This document shows, piece after piece, positions 21,666-35,115 of a stretch of 64,000 nt of DNA. How positions within the stretch are numbered: the stretch's first letter is position 1; each line of letters opens with the position of its first letter. Under the pieces are notes generated by a model. That model did no database searches. It saw nothing but the letters and a program-made list of their open reading frames with translations, and was not told the DNA's origin. Source of the stretch: Azolla caroliniana (lineage: Eukaryota > Plantae > Polypodiophyta). Position numbers and translations under genes: made by a program. The DNA lies in contig JBHGNT010000018.1 of NCBI GenBank assembly GCA_043228905.1, positions 9,424,001 to 9,488,000 of the forward strand, written 5' to 3'.

Positions 21666-24600
21666 ATGGACGATTTGTTGGGAGGCATGTTCAAGCTCAC
21701 CGGCTCCAACTATTCGGTGTGGAAGTCGAAGATGAGGGACATGCTCGTGGTTAAAGACCTTTGGCTGCCGGTTCAGTTCGGGGACAAGAGACCGAACAAA
21801 ATCGACGCCGCGATATGGGAGGTGATGCACATGAAGACAACGGCTTACATATGGTGCTTCATCGACATGAGCCTATACAACAAGTTCAATGAAGAGAGCA
21901 AGGCTCATAAGCTCTGGGAGAAGATCGACATTATGTTTCAGAACAAAAATGTTGTCAATCAGGTTTCAGTATTTCGGAAGCTAGTAAGACTCTGGTACCA
22001 AGATGGCTCCAGCATGGCGGAGCACATGAATGCCTTCCAGGGGCTGATTCACCAGGCAACATCATTGGAAGTACCTCTTGCCGATGAGGTACTAGCACTA
22101 CTCCTGCTCGGTTCCCTCCCAGATAGTTGGGAGACGTTGGTTGTCACCTTGGGCAATGTCGGGCCAGAAGGGAAACGGTTATCCCTAGCAAGAGTGAAGT
22201 CGAGCTTGCTAGATGAGGAGACACGTCGGAAAGATAAGGATACGAGCTCCGACTCCAAAGCGCTCCTTACCGAATCGGAACGCGGAAGACAAAGGAACCG
22301 TAGCCCCCAGAACCGGGAAAAGTCGGGGACACAGTCAAAGTCAAGGGGGAGGCCTACTTGCTTCTATTGCGGCAAGCCGGGACACTTCCAGAAGAACTGT
22401 TGGTATTTCCGAAAAGACAAGGAAACCGACGGTACCGATCCGAAGCAGACACCGGATCGGAACGGTAAAGACCAGAGGGGGCAGGACCGGAAGGGAACGA
22501 CGGCAATCGCGGCAAGTGAAGAAGAGTTGATGCTCATCACCGAGGAGAGTGAGATAAACCTTGCCGGCGACGAGATGACCTGGGTGGTCGACTCCGGAGC
22601 ATTGTTCCACCTTACCCCGGACCGGAAATGCTTCTCATCCTACTCAGCCGGTGATCACGGCTGTGTCCGGATGGGGAATGAAGGTACATGCCGGATTGTC
22701 GGCATAGGAGACGTGTGATTGACAACACCAACCGGATGCAAGCTACTGCTGAAGGATGTCTGACACGTTCCGGAGGTTCGTCTGAACCTAATATTAGCCG
22801 GTCGGCTAGATGATGAAGGCTACACAGGTAGCATCCGGAACGGTGTTACGAAGTTCAACAAAGGGAGCCTGATTGTGGCTCGGGCCCGCAAGGTAAACAC
22901 ATTGTACCTGATGAATGCCTGGTTATGTTCGAAGGAAGTGAACGTGGCATCCGACACTGCCGGTGAGCTGTGGCACAAGAGGCTATGTCACATGAGCGAG
23001 AAGGGGATGAAGAGGCTCGCAGAAGACAACCTCATTACAGTGAAGAACGTGCACTTGGAGAAGTGCACTGATTGTCTGGCCGGAAAGCAAAACCAAACCT
23101 CCTTCCGATCGAGGCCACCGATGAGACATAATGCACCACTAGAGTTGGTGCATATTGATGTGTGTCAAGTGGACACCAAGTCACATGCAGGATCGTAGTA
23201 CTTCGTGACGTTCATAGATGACCACAGCCGGAAGCTGTGGACCAAACTGTTGAAGACAAAGGATCAGGTGTTATCCGTCTTCAAAGAGCTCCACGTGAGA
23301 GTGGAAAGAGAAACTACCCGGAAGCTAAAGGCGGTTCAAGCAGATAACGGAGGTGAATACCGGGGGCAGTTCGAGGAGTACTGTCGCTCGAAGGGAATCC
23401 GGATCAAATTTACCGTGCCGAAGATGCCAGAACTAAACGGGTTGGCCGAGAGGATGAACCGGACCTTAATGAAGAGGGTCCGGAGTATATTGGCGCATGC
23501 AAAACTACCCAAGAAGTTTTGGGCTGAGGCACTGTCGACAGCGACATATGTGATAAACAGATCACCCTCAGTACCCTTGGACGGAGACACGCTGCAGAGA
23601 GTATGGACCGGTAAGGAAGTGTCCTACCGGCATCTGAAGGTGTTCGGGTGTCTCGTGTAAATGCATATTGCTAAGGACCAGAGAGGAAAGTTAGATCCAA
23701 AGACCCGGCCATACATATTCCTCGGTTACGGTGACGATGAGTTCGGCTACCGAGTGTGGGACCTGGTCGACAAGAAGGTATTCCGGAGTCGAGATATTAT
23801 CTTCATGGAGGACAAGACGCTCGCTGACTGGGAGTCGGAGAAGAAGATAATGAACTCCGAGTCAACCAGTAAGGATCGATTCTACGATGAGCAGACCCAA
23901 CCAGCAAGAGACCGGTTAGCACCCAAGGAACCAGCCGGTTACGATGAGGATACCGAACCGGCAGAAGAAGAAGTAGAGGAAGCTGAAACCAGAACCGGCC
24001 AAGACCCCGAATCGGATTCGGATGAAGAGAAAATGGAGGAGCCGGTTACCGAAGCCCAGAGACGGAGATATCCTCTCAGAGAGAGAAGGGTCCCCCGGAG
24101 ATTTCTGGATGCAGAGCATGTGCTGCTAACCGATGAGGGGGAGCCAGAAAGCTTCGAAGAAGCGAAGGATGACACCCACAACCGAAAATGGTTTAGTGCC
24201 ATGCAGGATGAGATGGATTCCCTGCATGTACGAATTGGTGGAGTTGCCAAAAGGAAAGCGGGAACTCCGAAATAAGTGGGTGTACAAGTTGAAATCGGGA
24301 GATGCTGGCAAACCCCCGAGATACAAAGCCAGGATCGTGGTGAAGGGGTTCCAACAGAAGAAGGGCGTGGACTTCGACGAGATATTTGCCCCGGTAATAA
24401 AGATGACCTCCATCCGGACAGTGCTGAGTATAGCGGCAAGCATGGACCTCGAGGTAGAGCAGCTGGACGTGAAGAAGGCATTCCTTCACGGTGACCTCGA
24501 AGAGGAGATCTACATGAAGCAACCGGAAGGATTCGTGGAGAAAGGGAAGGAGCACCTGGTTTGCCGCTTGAAGAAGAGCCTATACAGGTTGAAGCAAGCC

Positions 24601-27600
24601 CCCCGGCAATGGTACCAGAAGTTCGACTCCTTCATGACCGATCAAGGGTACCACAAGACGCAGGCCGATCACTATGTGTTTGTGAAGAAGTTCGAAGGAG
24701 GCGACTTCATGATACTCCTTCTGTACGTGGACGACATGTTGATCGTCGGACGGGACCAAGCCAAAATTCAGATGCTGAAGAAGGCCCTCAACCGGACCTT
24801 CTCAATGAAAAACTTGGGTCCGGCAAGACAGATGTTGGGGATGCATATCATCGGGAACCAGCCAACGAAGCCACTGTGGTTGTCACAGGAGAAATACGTG
24901 ACAAAGGTGCTTCAACGGTTCAACATGTCAGATACAAAATTGGTCGGATCGACACTTCCAGCAAACTGCAGGTTATCCCGTAAGCAAAGCCCGAAGACGA
25001 AAGCAGAGAAGGCTGATATGATGAAAGTTCCATATGCCTCTGCCGTCAGGAGCTTAATGTACGCAATGGTGTGTACCCGACCGGATATAGGATACGCAGT
25101 CGGAGTGGTGAGCCGGTTTATGAGCAATCCCGGCAAGGAGCATTGAAACGCGGTCAAATGGATACTCCGGTACCTGAAGGGCACTTCAAATATGCGTCTT
25201 CGATTTGGCTCCGATGTCGTGAAGAAAACCGTCCACAAGCGGAATCGGTGCACCGGGGCGTAGGAACAGGCTCTTCATACACGTGCGCCTTATGTTGTAC
25301 ATAGGAGATCCTAGGCAGGCAGATTCGGTGGGTAGGAAGTAAAGGGGAAACGGATCCTTCCTTGCCTATAAAAGAAGGGAGACGAGGAGGGGCGAAGGGA
25401 TCGCGGAGAGTCGAGGACGAAGTGCTGTCGGTTTGTGTGCGAAGGCTTCTCTCTCTCTCTGGTTCGCAAACTCCATAGCTTCCTTCTTTGCAGGTTTCGG
25501 GAGGCTCGCGCTGCTCTGAGGAATGCCCGAGTGCTTCCGGCAGCACCTCCAACCTACTCCTTCCTTTCTGTGCGTTTACGAACAGGTATCAGCATCTATT
25601 CGTCGGCCTGTTCGGTTGTAACCGACTTCGTGTTTTGTTGTTTGTCTTTGTTAATACATACAAACATTCGTGTCTCTCTGTGTCGCTGTCCCACTCGCGT
25701 CTTTGTGTCGAAGGGCCGTGTCCCTGTGAATCTACTCTCGCACGTAGTGGGTCTCTTCTCCTTTCTCTCTTGCTCTTCGGTACAGGACCCCCGAGGTCCC
25801 GCCTCATTCCACGCATCCGCGAGGAATACCTCGACATCTTTGGTGAACCTGACGTGAAGGAGGCGGTAGAAAAGCAGAAGATGAAAGGGTCGGATCTTGC
25901 AGAGGCCATGGCTTCGGCCGTGGATTGGATATTGAGCGCACGCGAGGGCTCCGGCGCCCTCGACAGAGCCATTGAGGTAGTCGTCGGTACGATCGGCCGG
26001 GTCAGCGGAAAGGATGCCACGAAGTATTTGGCGTCCTACGGGGCAGAAATGCTGATGCGGGACATTCCGGAAGAGAGGCGTCTTGCCGGGTTTCCTCGAG
26101 TTGCGATGCCGAGCATCCATGCGGAGGTGCTCGAGGTGCGGGCGGAGAGCCGTACCTGGGAGGAGTTCGAAGGCCGACTCCTGGAAAAATACGGGCTGGA
26201 CGACGCGCTCTGGCTTTCGAAACGAGACTTCATGGAATGGGTGGAGTCCCCCGGCAAGGGAAGAAACGCGTCGGCACTCCTTCGGGAGTTCGAAGAACGC
26301 TTTGCGCGCCTTTCGGCGCTTGACCGAACCGTTCTGGATACGAGCCGGGTCCTACTGTTCGTCAAGTCGGTGGACGAGCGGGACCGGGACCAAGTCGGCT
26401 CCTTGCTGGAAACCGAGGACGGGCTGACAACCGACTGGGCTGCGGTTAAGAGAGTCTGTGGCCGTTCCGATAAACGGCGAGAATGGGGTGACAATGGGGC
26501 GGCCGGTGCGGGCTCTGTCACAGCAAGGAGGCTTGAACCGGCACCACAAGTGCGAAGGGAAGAAACCCGGGAATGGCTCGAAACCGGTCCGGCTTCGACC
26601 GGCACGGTCAATGGCTCGTCCGGAGGAGCAGCGCTGGAGGAGTTGACGCGGGCGATAAAGGATCTCCAGATCGCCCAGACTCGAAGGGAAGGCGGCGAAC
26701 CGGCTCATCACCGACGGCCGGCAGCGGGGAACAGGTGCATGTGGTGAGACGAGGTCGGCCACATTCGGAAGGACTGCGGCGATTTCGCAGAGGCGTTGAG
26801 GAACCGGGTGGTGTACCTGTGGGAAGGCCGGGTGCACGCCGGCGACACCAGGAGGGCCCTGAACCGAAACGACGGGTGAGGAGGAATGAAGAGACTCATG
26901 GAAGAGGCAGCGGCCCGACACGTGGAGGCCATCCACTACTCGGCGTCGGCCGGCATTCGGGTCGGGGGCAGCGAGGCCCGAAAGGAGGGCAAAGACGGAT
27001 TCTGGTCGGCAATGCTGGAAGGTCTTGCCGGCGCACGGCTAAGGAAAGATGAAACGGACCGCACTGAGAGACGGGTCCGGGAAATAACCGGGTGGAGCGA
27101 TCCGGTCGAGGAGAAGACGGGCTTTGTAGAAGCCGCCTGCCGGAACTACGAGGCGCTGGTTGAAGACAAACGGGTGGGGAAAGCCGGAGCGGCTGGTCCC
27201 TCACAACGGTACAAGACCCGATTCGGGCAACGACGGAACGATGCCGGTGGGTCCAGCTCGCAAGATAACCCCAGGAAGGGCGGATACCGATTGGGGACGG
27301 AAATAGAAAGGACTACGGACCTACGAAAGGTCCTAGAAGAACGGATCCTCGACAGCAAAGTGGAGCTGTCATTGCGGGAGGTGCTAGGGATCGCCAAGAA
27401 GGAGTTCCACGACTCCATTGTAGACTTGGTGAAACGGAAGAGGCTGTCGACGGAGACGGAACCGGAAAGACTGGTGGAGGTGCGGACGACGCACATCGAC
27501 GACTCGGCGCTGGCAGATGAGTGGGCGGAGAGCCACTATTCGAGGCCACACTAGGCCCGAGCGACCACGGAGACCCCGGTAAAGATCGGAGATGTTTAGG

Positions 27601-30600
27601 AACCGGTGGTGGCGTTGGTGGACCACGGTTTGGAAATAAACCTGATGTCCATGGACTTCAATAAGAAGGGGAAGTGGCCGATCAACACCAAGCACAGGTG
27701 GAAGATACGGGCGGCGACGCGCGCGACCGAGGAACTGCATGGGGCCTGCCCGAACGTGCGAGTCAAGATCGGCGACGTCAAGATTGACCAGCACTTCTTC
27801 GTACAGGAGACGTCCTCGCACCCGGTCACATTAGGGGAACCATACATCACGGCGGCACGAATGGAGACCAAGGTGCTAGACAACGGTTCGGCCTACGTGA
27901 GGGTCAAAAGCCAGGACGGGCGCCATTCGGTGCAATTTCTGACGGTGCGGCCGAACCACGAGAGAAACCGCGAATCCCTCGGTGGCGAGAACCGGGAGGA
28001 TTTTTAGAGAGGGCTGCCAAGGCGTGGGGCCGAGACAGCCCGGACACTCGGAAAAGACCCCACGACTGTACGATAGGTAGGAAATTTTGCTTCTCCAACA
28101 ATGGAGGGTGTATGATAGTCGGCATCGTCGGCCGAGAAAAGACAAGGGCGGAAGTGCGACTTCGAGCATGCGGAGTTCTCGGCCCGGACGAGGAAATCAG
28201 CGGAGCCGTGGAGGCGGTCTCCTTCGACGACACCTTGGGAATGCTGAGGAAGGTAGCCGGAGAAGACCTTAACGAAGACCGGACGATACCGGTATGTTCC
28301 GAAGAGATGTACGAAGTCATCGCGAACTTCAGTCGGGGGCTCGGGTCGGATCGGACGGCCCGAGTTAGCACGAAGTACAAGACTGTGGACCGGAAGGTAA
28401 GGCCAGTCGCGGCACCCTTGCCGGAGGGCAGCAAGTCCCGAATCAGAGGGATGGCGTCGGACCCCAGTTTACGAGATCCGGCCTGCATAGGACACACCTT
28501 CACCGATGGGACGCTCCGGGAGCTCAAGATCGGTGGGGGCGGGTTCCTACTGCCGGCGGAGGAAGACCGGTTTCGGAGAATGCTCGGAAGGCACGGGAAA
28601 GCCTTCGCATTCTCGCCGGAAGAGATCGGGTGCGTAGACCCGACAATCGTGGAGCCGATGGTGATATTCACGGTACCGCATGTGCCGTGGAATCTCAAGC
28701 CGATTCCGGTACCAAGAGCTCACATCCCGGAGTTGATGGAGCTACTGAGGCAGAAAGTCGATATGGGTATTCTCGAACCGTCGAGCGCGCCATACTCGAA
28801 CCGATGGTTTACCGTACCAAAGAAAAATGGAACATTGCGCTTCATTCAGGACCTGCAACCAGTCAACAGAGTGACCATTCGGAACGCAGGAATCGGACCG
28901 ACCATAGACGAGTTCACGGAGGCCTTCGCCGGAAGGTCAATTTAATCGGTCGGTGATCTGTACTCGGGGTACGACCAGTTCCAGCTAGCCGTGGAGGGCA
29001 GAGACATTACGACGATGCGAACTCCCCTCGGCCTAGTGCGAATGTGTACCCTGCCACAAGGAGGGACCAACTCGGTGGCCCACATGGTGAATGCAATGAA
29101 CAAGGTACTGAGGGATTGCATCCCGGACATCACCATGCCATTTCTAGACGACATTCCGATCAAGGGGTGCCCGGTGGAAGAGAAGGACGAGACACTCGGG
29201 CCGGACGGATGCAGGCGGTTCGTGGCAACACACATCGACGACTGCGAGAAGGTGCTACAAAGGCTAGAGGATGCGAGGCTCACCTTCTCCGGGGAGAAAT
29301 CGGTCTTCGGGCAATCAGAAATCCTGGTGGTCGGACACCTGTGTGGACCGTATGGCTGGAAGCCGTCTCCGGCGAAGGTAGAAGCCATCTCCGCGATGAA
29401 GACCGACTGTAGCTCAGTTATGGAAGTTCGGAGGTTCTTGGGGGCATGCGCGTTCTACCACATATGGATCCCGCATTACGCCCACGTTGCGGAGCCGCTA
29501 TACGGGTTGCTGAAGAAAGGGCGAAAATTCGAGTGGCAAGACGAGCACACGGAGTCGGTCCGGAAGCTGAAGGAAGCTCTTGCGGCAGCACCGGCGCTCC
29601 GGAAGGCTGTCTACGGGAAGGGTACCCCGGTATACATAACAGTGGATACGAGTCCAACCGGGATCGGATGGGTCGTCAACCAAGAAGACGAGGACGGCAT
29701 TCGGTTCCCGATCCGATTCGTCGCGAAGGTCCTCAGTGAGCGGCAGCGAGGGTACACCCAGGTTAAACGTGAACTCTGGGGTATCGTTTCGGCAGTAAAG
29801 GCCGACAAAGACTACCTGATCGGGACGGAAGTGATTATCGAGATGGATTGCCTGCCAATTCTCGGCATGGTTTCCGGATGCGCCACACCGAACCTGGCGA
29901 TGCTCAGGTGGATAGTGTACATCAAGTCCCTGGACCCGGAAATACGGCACATTTCCGGAAAAGACAACGCCATGGCCGACATGCTTTCGAGGGCGAGGTT
30001 TGATGACCAGGACGGCATGGTTTCGGAGGACGAAGAAGCCGGCGTGGACTTCTTCGAGGCGGTGTACGTGACGACCGATGGGACGAGCACTCCGGCACTT
30101 AACAACTTCGACGAGAGCAAGTACGATGGCGAGTGGCTCCAGATCGGTGGATTTTTGAGGACAATGACGCCGAATGCGTCATGGTCGAAGGACGAGGCCA
30201 ACCGGATCCGGAAGAAAGCTTACCGATTCTTTCTTCGGGACGGATACTTGTGGAAGCACCCAAAGAAGAGGAACGGTGTCCCGCTCCGGGTGGTGGCGAT
30301 GAAGGAAGATCAGGAGGAGCTGCTGATGGCTTACCACGACAGCCCTTGGGCTGGTCACCGTGGAACGTGGGCCACGTTCGAGAAGATAAAGGGGTATTAC
30401 TAGTGGCCGGGACTGTACCGGGACATGCATCGGTTCGTGACAACTTGCGAGAGCTGTCAGATGCACTCCATAGTCCGACACCGGGACGAGCTTCACCCTA
30501 CATACCCTCCGACCATCCACTTCAAATGGATGGTAGATCTGGTGACGATGCCGATGGGAGTAGGACAGTTGCGGTACCTGGTCTTGGCTCGAGAAGATCT

Positions 30601-32656
30601 GACGAACCAGGTGGAAGGCCGGGCCCTTCAGAACAAAACGACTGCAGCCGTATGTCGGTTCCTTCTCGAGGACGTAATATGCCGGTACGGGTGCGTCAGG
30701 AAGATCGTGGCTGATCGCGGGGAGTTGGACGCCGAAGAGGCCGAGGAGCTGTTCGACCGACTAGGAGTCAAGCTTTCGCTCACCACTGCGTACAATCCGG
30801 AGGCGAATGGAAAGGTGGAGCGCGGACACGGACCGATCGTCAAGGCATTAGTTCGGGCATGCGGGGGTCAAGTCGGGAACTGGTCGCGGCTGCTGCCTTA
30901 CGCATTGTGGGCGGACCGAACTACGCACAGTTCGGTAACCGGATTCATGCCGGCAGAGCTCATGTTTGGGCAGAAGCCGATCATGCCGATGGAACGTACG
31001 ATCTCCTCATGGGCAACCGTGGACTGGAGAGACAAGATGAGCCGGGAGGAACTGTTGACGGCGTGCATACGGCAGCTCGAGCGAAGACCGGAGGACGTGG
31101 AGCAGGCTGCGGAAAGGCTTCGGGTGGCAAGGACAAGGAACAAAACCCGGTTCGACCGGACGCACCGGCTCCGACCGAAGAAGATCGAGGAACGCGACTG
31201 GGTGCTAGCCTACGACAGCAGGCTCGACAATCAGCACCGAGCGACACGGAAGTTCGCAAGAAGGTGGTTTGGGCCTTACGTGGTACAAAGCGCCAACGAC
31301 AACGGGACGTACCATCTGGCGGAACTCGACAGCACGAGAATGGCGATACCGGTAGCTGGAAAGCGGATCAAAGCGTTCAAGAAGCGTCACGACGACGAGC
31401 CGAATCCGGTTGACCTGGACCGCGACGACGAACGATCCGAAACTGAGGAAGAACCGACGGGCAGAGAATGAAGGTTGGACCGGTTTTCTCCATCCCAACA
31501 CAATTTGGCGCATGCCGATGGATGCGCGGTTAGGTGGGGGCGGATGTCGTGAAGAAAACCGTCCACAAGCGGAATCGGTGCACCGGAGCGTAGGAACCGG
31601 CTCTTCATACACGTGCGCCTTATGTTGTACATAGGAGATCCTAGGCAGGCAGATTCGGTAGGTAGGAAGTAAAGGGGAAACGGATCCTTCCTTGCCTATA
31701 AAAGAAGGGAGACGAGGAGGGGCGAAGGGATCGCGGAGAGTCGAGGACGAAGTGCTGTCGGTTTGTGTGCGAAGGCTTCTCTCTCTCTCTGGTTCGCAAA
31801 CTCCATAGCTTCCTTCTTTGCAGGTTTCGGGAGGCTCGCGCTGCTTTGAGGAATGCCCGAGTGCTTCCGGCAGCACCTCCAACCTACTCCTTCCTTTCTG
31901 TGCGTTTACGAACAGGTATCGGCATCTATTCGTCGGCCTGTTCGGTTGTAACCGACTTCTGTTTTGTTGTTTGTCTTTGTTAATACATACAAACATTCGT
32001 GTCTCTCTGTGTCGCTGTCCCACTCGCGTCTTTGTGTCGAAGGGCCGTGTCCCTGTGAATCTACTCTCGCACGTAGTGGGTCTCTTCTCCTTTCTCTCTT
32101 GCTCTTCGGTACAGGACCCCCGAGGTCCCGCCTCATTCCACGCATCCGCGAGGAATACCTCGACACCGGTAAACCTCAACTTGACGGTTTTACCAATTCG
32201 AACATGTCGACTGATGTGGATACCAGCCGGTCTACATCCGGGTATGTAATGACATATGCAGGGGGAGCTGTTTCGTGGCAATCAAGGTTGCAGAAGACGG
32301 TTGCACTGTCAACCACGGAGGCGGAGTACATGGCGGTTGTGGAAGCTGGCAAGGAAATATTATGGATGAAGGACTTCATCGGGGAGCTCGGTATCCGGCA
32401 AGATGAATACCGTCTCTATTGCGACAGTCAAAGTGCCATCCACTTTGCTAAGAATGCGGCCTACCATTCCCAGACGAAGCATATCCAGCGTAGGTATCAC
32501 TGGATCCGGGAAAGAGTAAATGACCAGGAGTTCACGCTGACGAAGATCCACACGACCGAGAACGGGTCAGATATGCTGACCAAAGTACTGACACCTGACA
32601 AGCTGGATGCATGTCGGATGCGGGTCGGACTAGTAAGACACCCCATGCCGGAGTGA
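21666..32656 (+). pseudogene. Copia gag-pol of element F, with stops, interrupted by E at the RT/RNase H junction
   Basis: ORF pieces 21594-22718, 22875-23198, 23205-23660, 23661-24275 and 24133-25146. Removing E restores ...RFGSGKPQLDGFT..., which continues into RNase H (WQSRLQKTVALSTTEAEY...TKHI). Confidence 0.9.
25215..32165 (+). mobile_element. LTR element E: full-length non-chromovirus Ty3/Gypsy with point-mutation stops
   Basis: LTRs at 25215-25836 and 31545-32165 (TGTCG...CGACA). 4-bp TSD CCGA/CCGG. PBS TGGTGAACCTGACGTGAA at 25841; PPT aggtgggggcgga. Gag, protease (LVDHGLEIN), RT (DLYSGYDQ, LPQGGTNS, PFLDDIPI), RNase H and integrase with GPY motif; no chromodomain. Confidence 0.95.
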
Positions 32657-33800
32657 AGGGGGAGTTTGTTAGGAAACAGGTCCCTCCGGATGAGGAGTCC
32701 TCGGCTACGGATGACCTGGTGAGAACCGGATGATGAAGACCCGGTGAGAACCGAATGAGGAGTACCCAGCTACGGATGACCCAGTGAGAACCAGATGATG
32801 AAGACCCGGTGAGAACCGGATGAGGAGTACTTGGCTACGGATGACCCGGTGAGAACCGGATGATGACTGCCCGGCAAGCGCCGGATGATGCAGGCCCGAT
32901 GAAGAGTGATCACCGGATGAAGGGACATATTCGTAAATATGTTTCTGAGAGTCCATCAGGGCTATATTTGTAAATAGCCGAAAAGTCATTTTAGTATAAA
33001 TATGACTTAGGGCAAACTGTTGTTTAGGTGTATGTGGGTGTTGTCATTCTTGTTGGTGCAAGATTAAAGCGCAATAGTGTACAAAGAGAGAGAGAGAGAG
33101 AGAGAGAAAGAAACGAAGAGGTCGTTGCCTCTGTTGTAACCGCCGCTTGTGGCGAAGATCGTGAGCACGAGGTCGTTGCCTCCGTGAGCTCATTGTTGTA
33201 ATCTTTGTGATATAGTGATAGTTTGCAGTCTATGGGCTGTCGTGGTTTTTCCCTAGTTTGGGTTTTCCACGTAAACATCCTGTGTACTCTTTTCTCTCCT
33301 CGGTGTCATGCATTCATTATCCGTTTTTTCTGTGTTTCGATTTTAGACTCGGTTGTGGTCGAGTGTGGCAAAAGGGAGCGTGCATTCCTGTCAGGAAGAG
33401 GCCAAGCAAAGACACTACCACGGATGACAAGGACCAAGTGGGCCATAGCAATGCAAAAAGTGAACGAAGACTATGGTGGATCGGATGGTGACAATGGTTC
33501 GGGTGGAAAGAATGGATGTGTTCAAAATGGAGAGACAAAGCCGACATAGTAAGAGAAACGGAGGGTACTACAAGTAAAGAAGAATTACGAGGGCCAATAA
33601 TTGGAGACCGGATAGAGCCTGCAACCGAACAGAACTGGAAACCGGGCAGAGTCGGCAACCAAAAACCGGAGACCGAACGGGGCCGGCAACCAAAAATGAC
33701 CGGCGATGAAACCAACCATGCGGAGAACGGACGGACGAGACTAACAATCACCGACAACTTCGGCACATACCGGAGGATGTGCGGGTTCGGAGGGGGCGAG

Positions 33801-34447
33801 TGTCGTAGTGTATTTCGTACACTATGTGAAAAACTTATAAAGTACCGATTTAATAAATATGAATAAATAGTAGAAAATATTAAAATATATATAACATGCA
33901 TAGGGCAAGATTCAAACCTTTCACCTCCATGTTAATAATGTGAAACCTTACCATTACACTAGCATTTCATTAGTGTTAAAAAGTAGATGTTCCACGTAGA
34001 AAGCTTAGTTCACCTAGGATAAACTTTAGTTAAAAGAAAACGCATATGCTAAAAGAAAAAGCTACGCATGCACATCTAGCGTGCATGAACGTTATAGTTG
34101 ATAAAAAAACGCACAAGTTAGAAAAAGCATGATCACTTTAGATAAAGCATATAGTCTATCTATAGGAAAAGCATGGAGTCTATAGTTAGAAAAAAAAAAC
34201 ATGGATTACTACCAATTAATAAACTATACTCGTGGGATTTACGAGATTTCTATATCTTTCTCTATCAATCAAAATACATATTCTTACATAAATATTAATC
34301 AATAAAATACATTATACTTGTGGGATTCACAAGTTTCTAATAATCTACTCATAATTATAATCGTCTCAAATTCTTCCTCCTCCTAGTCCAAAACCTTGGT
34401 GGTTCCCACCCGACTCACGCAACGATCCGGAGCCGAAAGGCACGACA
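33801..34447 (+). repeat. 3' LTR of element B
   Basis: Matches 10463-10666 plus 18779-19307, except that a ~90-bp segment (~18982-19070) is missing here. Confidence 0.93.
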
Positions 34448-35115
34448 ACGTATACATCATCAAGTTATGAAGGATAAATATTACTCTTGGACGTGCATGC
34501 GGATTGTTCTTCTACTGAGATGTGGTGCATGGAGTATTCTAAATATCGACAATGGCAAGCAAGAAGAGAAAGAAAAACAATTGACGAATCTTCGTGGGAT
34601 AGGGAAAACAAATCATTTCAAGTGGTGTCTACGGAGGAAGAAGAAGTCATTGAAGAGAAAAGCATTATCGCCTTGGAGGAAAAAGAGAAGATGATTTCCA
34701 AAGATATCGAAGGAGAAGGGCATCAAAGGTTTATTTCTCTTCTTTCTAAGTTTCCGAAGTTATTCATAATTGATTATTCACAGATAAGAGTAGAAGGCAT
34801 CAAACACCATATCAAGTTGGAGGATTTGAAGTTTGTCTCACCTATTGTTGTGGTTCCAAAGAAGAAAGACATCAAGTTCAAACCCTTGATTGATTCAACC
34901 AAACAAGATCAATTTTTGCTTCCTTTTCGAGATGAGATTCTAGACGAAGTGGTCATACCTACAAAAGAAGCTAGTGTGGAGAATACCGAAGTAATTCAAA
35001 AGGTGATAATTCCAACAAGTCTCAAAGTTTTGAAGGTGTTTGTGCAAAAAGTTCGGTCGCTTGAAAGATTTATTCATTTGTTGACATGCTTACTTCAATC
35101 AAGAGTTATGTATCA

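Larger units (their letters stand above)
20994..33393 (+). mobile_element. LTR element F: Ty1/Copia (Tnt1/Tork-like), decayed, ~5.4 kb without E
   Basis: LTRs at 20994-21634 and 32667-33393. TSD GGAAG at 20989-20993 and 33394-33398. PBS TGGTATCAGAGC (Met-i) at 21638; PPT gaagggggag. Domain order gag (CFYCGKPGH)-protease (WVVDSGA)-integrase-RT (LYVDDML)-RNase H, with several stops. Confidence 0.95.
10463..34447 (+). mobile_element. LTR element B: non-autonomous, gag-only Gypsy derivative (~3.5 kb without nested inserts)
   Basis: 5' LTR at 10463-19307 (split by C), 3' LTR at 33801-34447, termini TGTCGT...ACGACA. 4-bp TSD ACGT at 10459-10462 and 34448-34451. PBS TGGTGAACCCGACGTGAAT at 19312; PPT ggagggggcgag before 33801. 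Confidence 0.92.

Noticed and set aside
31205-32281. Long antisense ORFs over element E, its LTR and B (358 aa here; 300 aa at 20008-20910)
   Set aside because: These are shadow ORFs of GC-rich or biased coding sequence. They cross element boundaries and have no recognisable domains.
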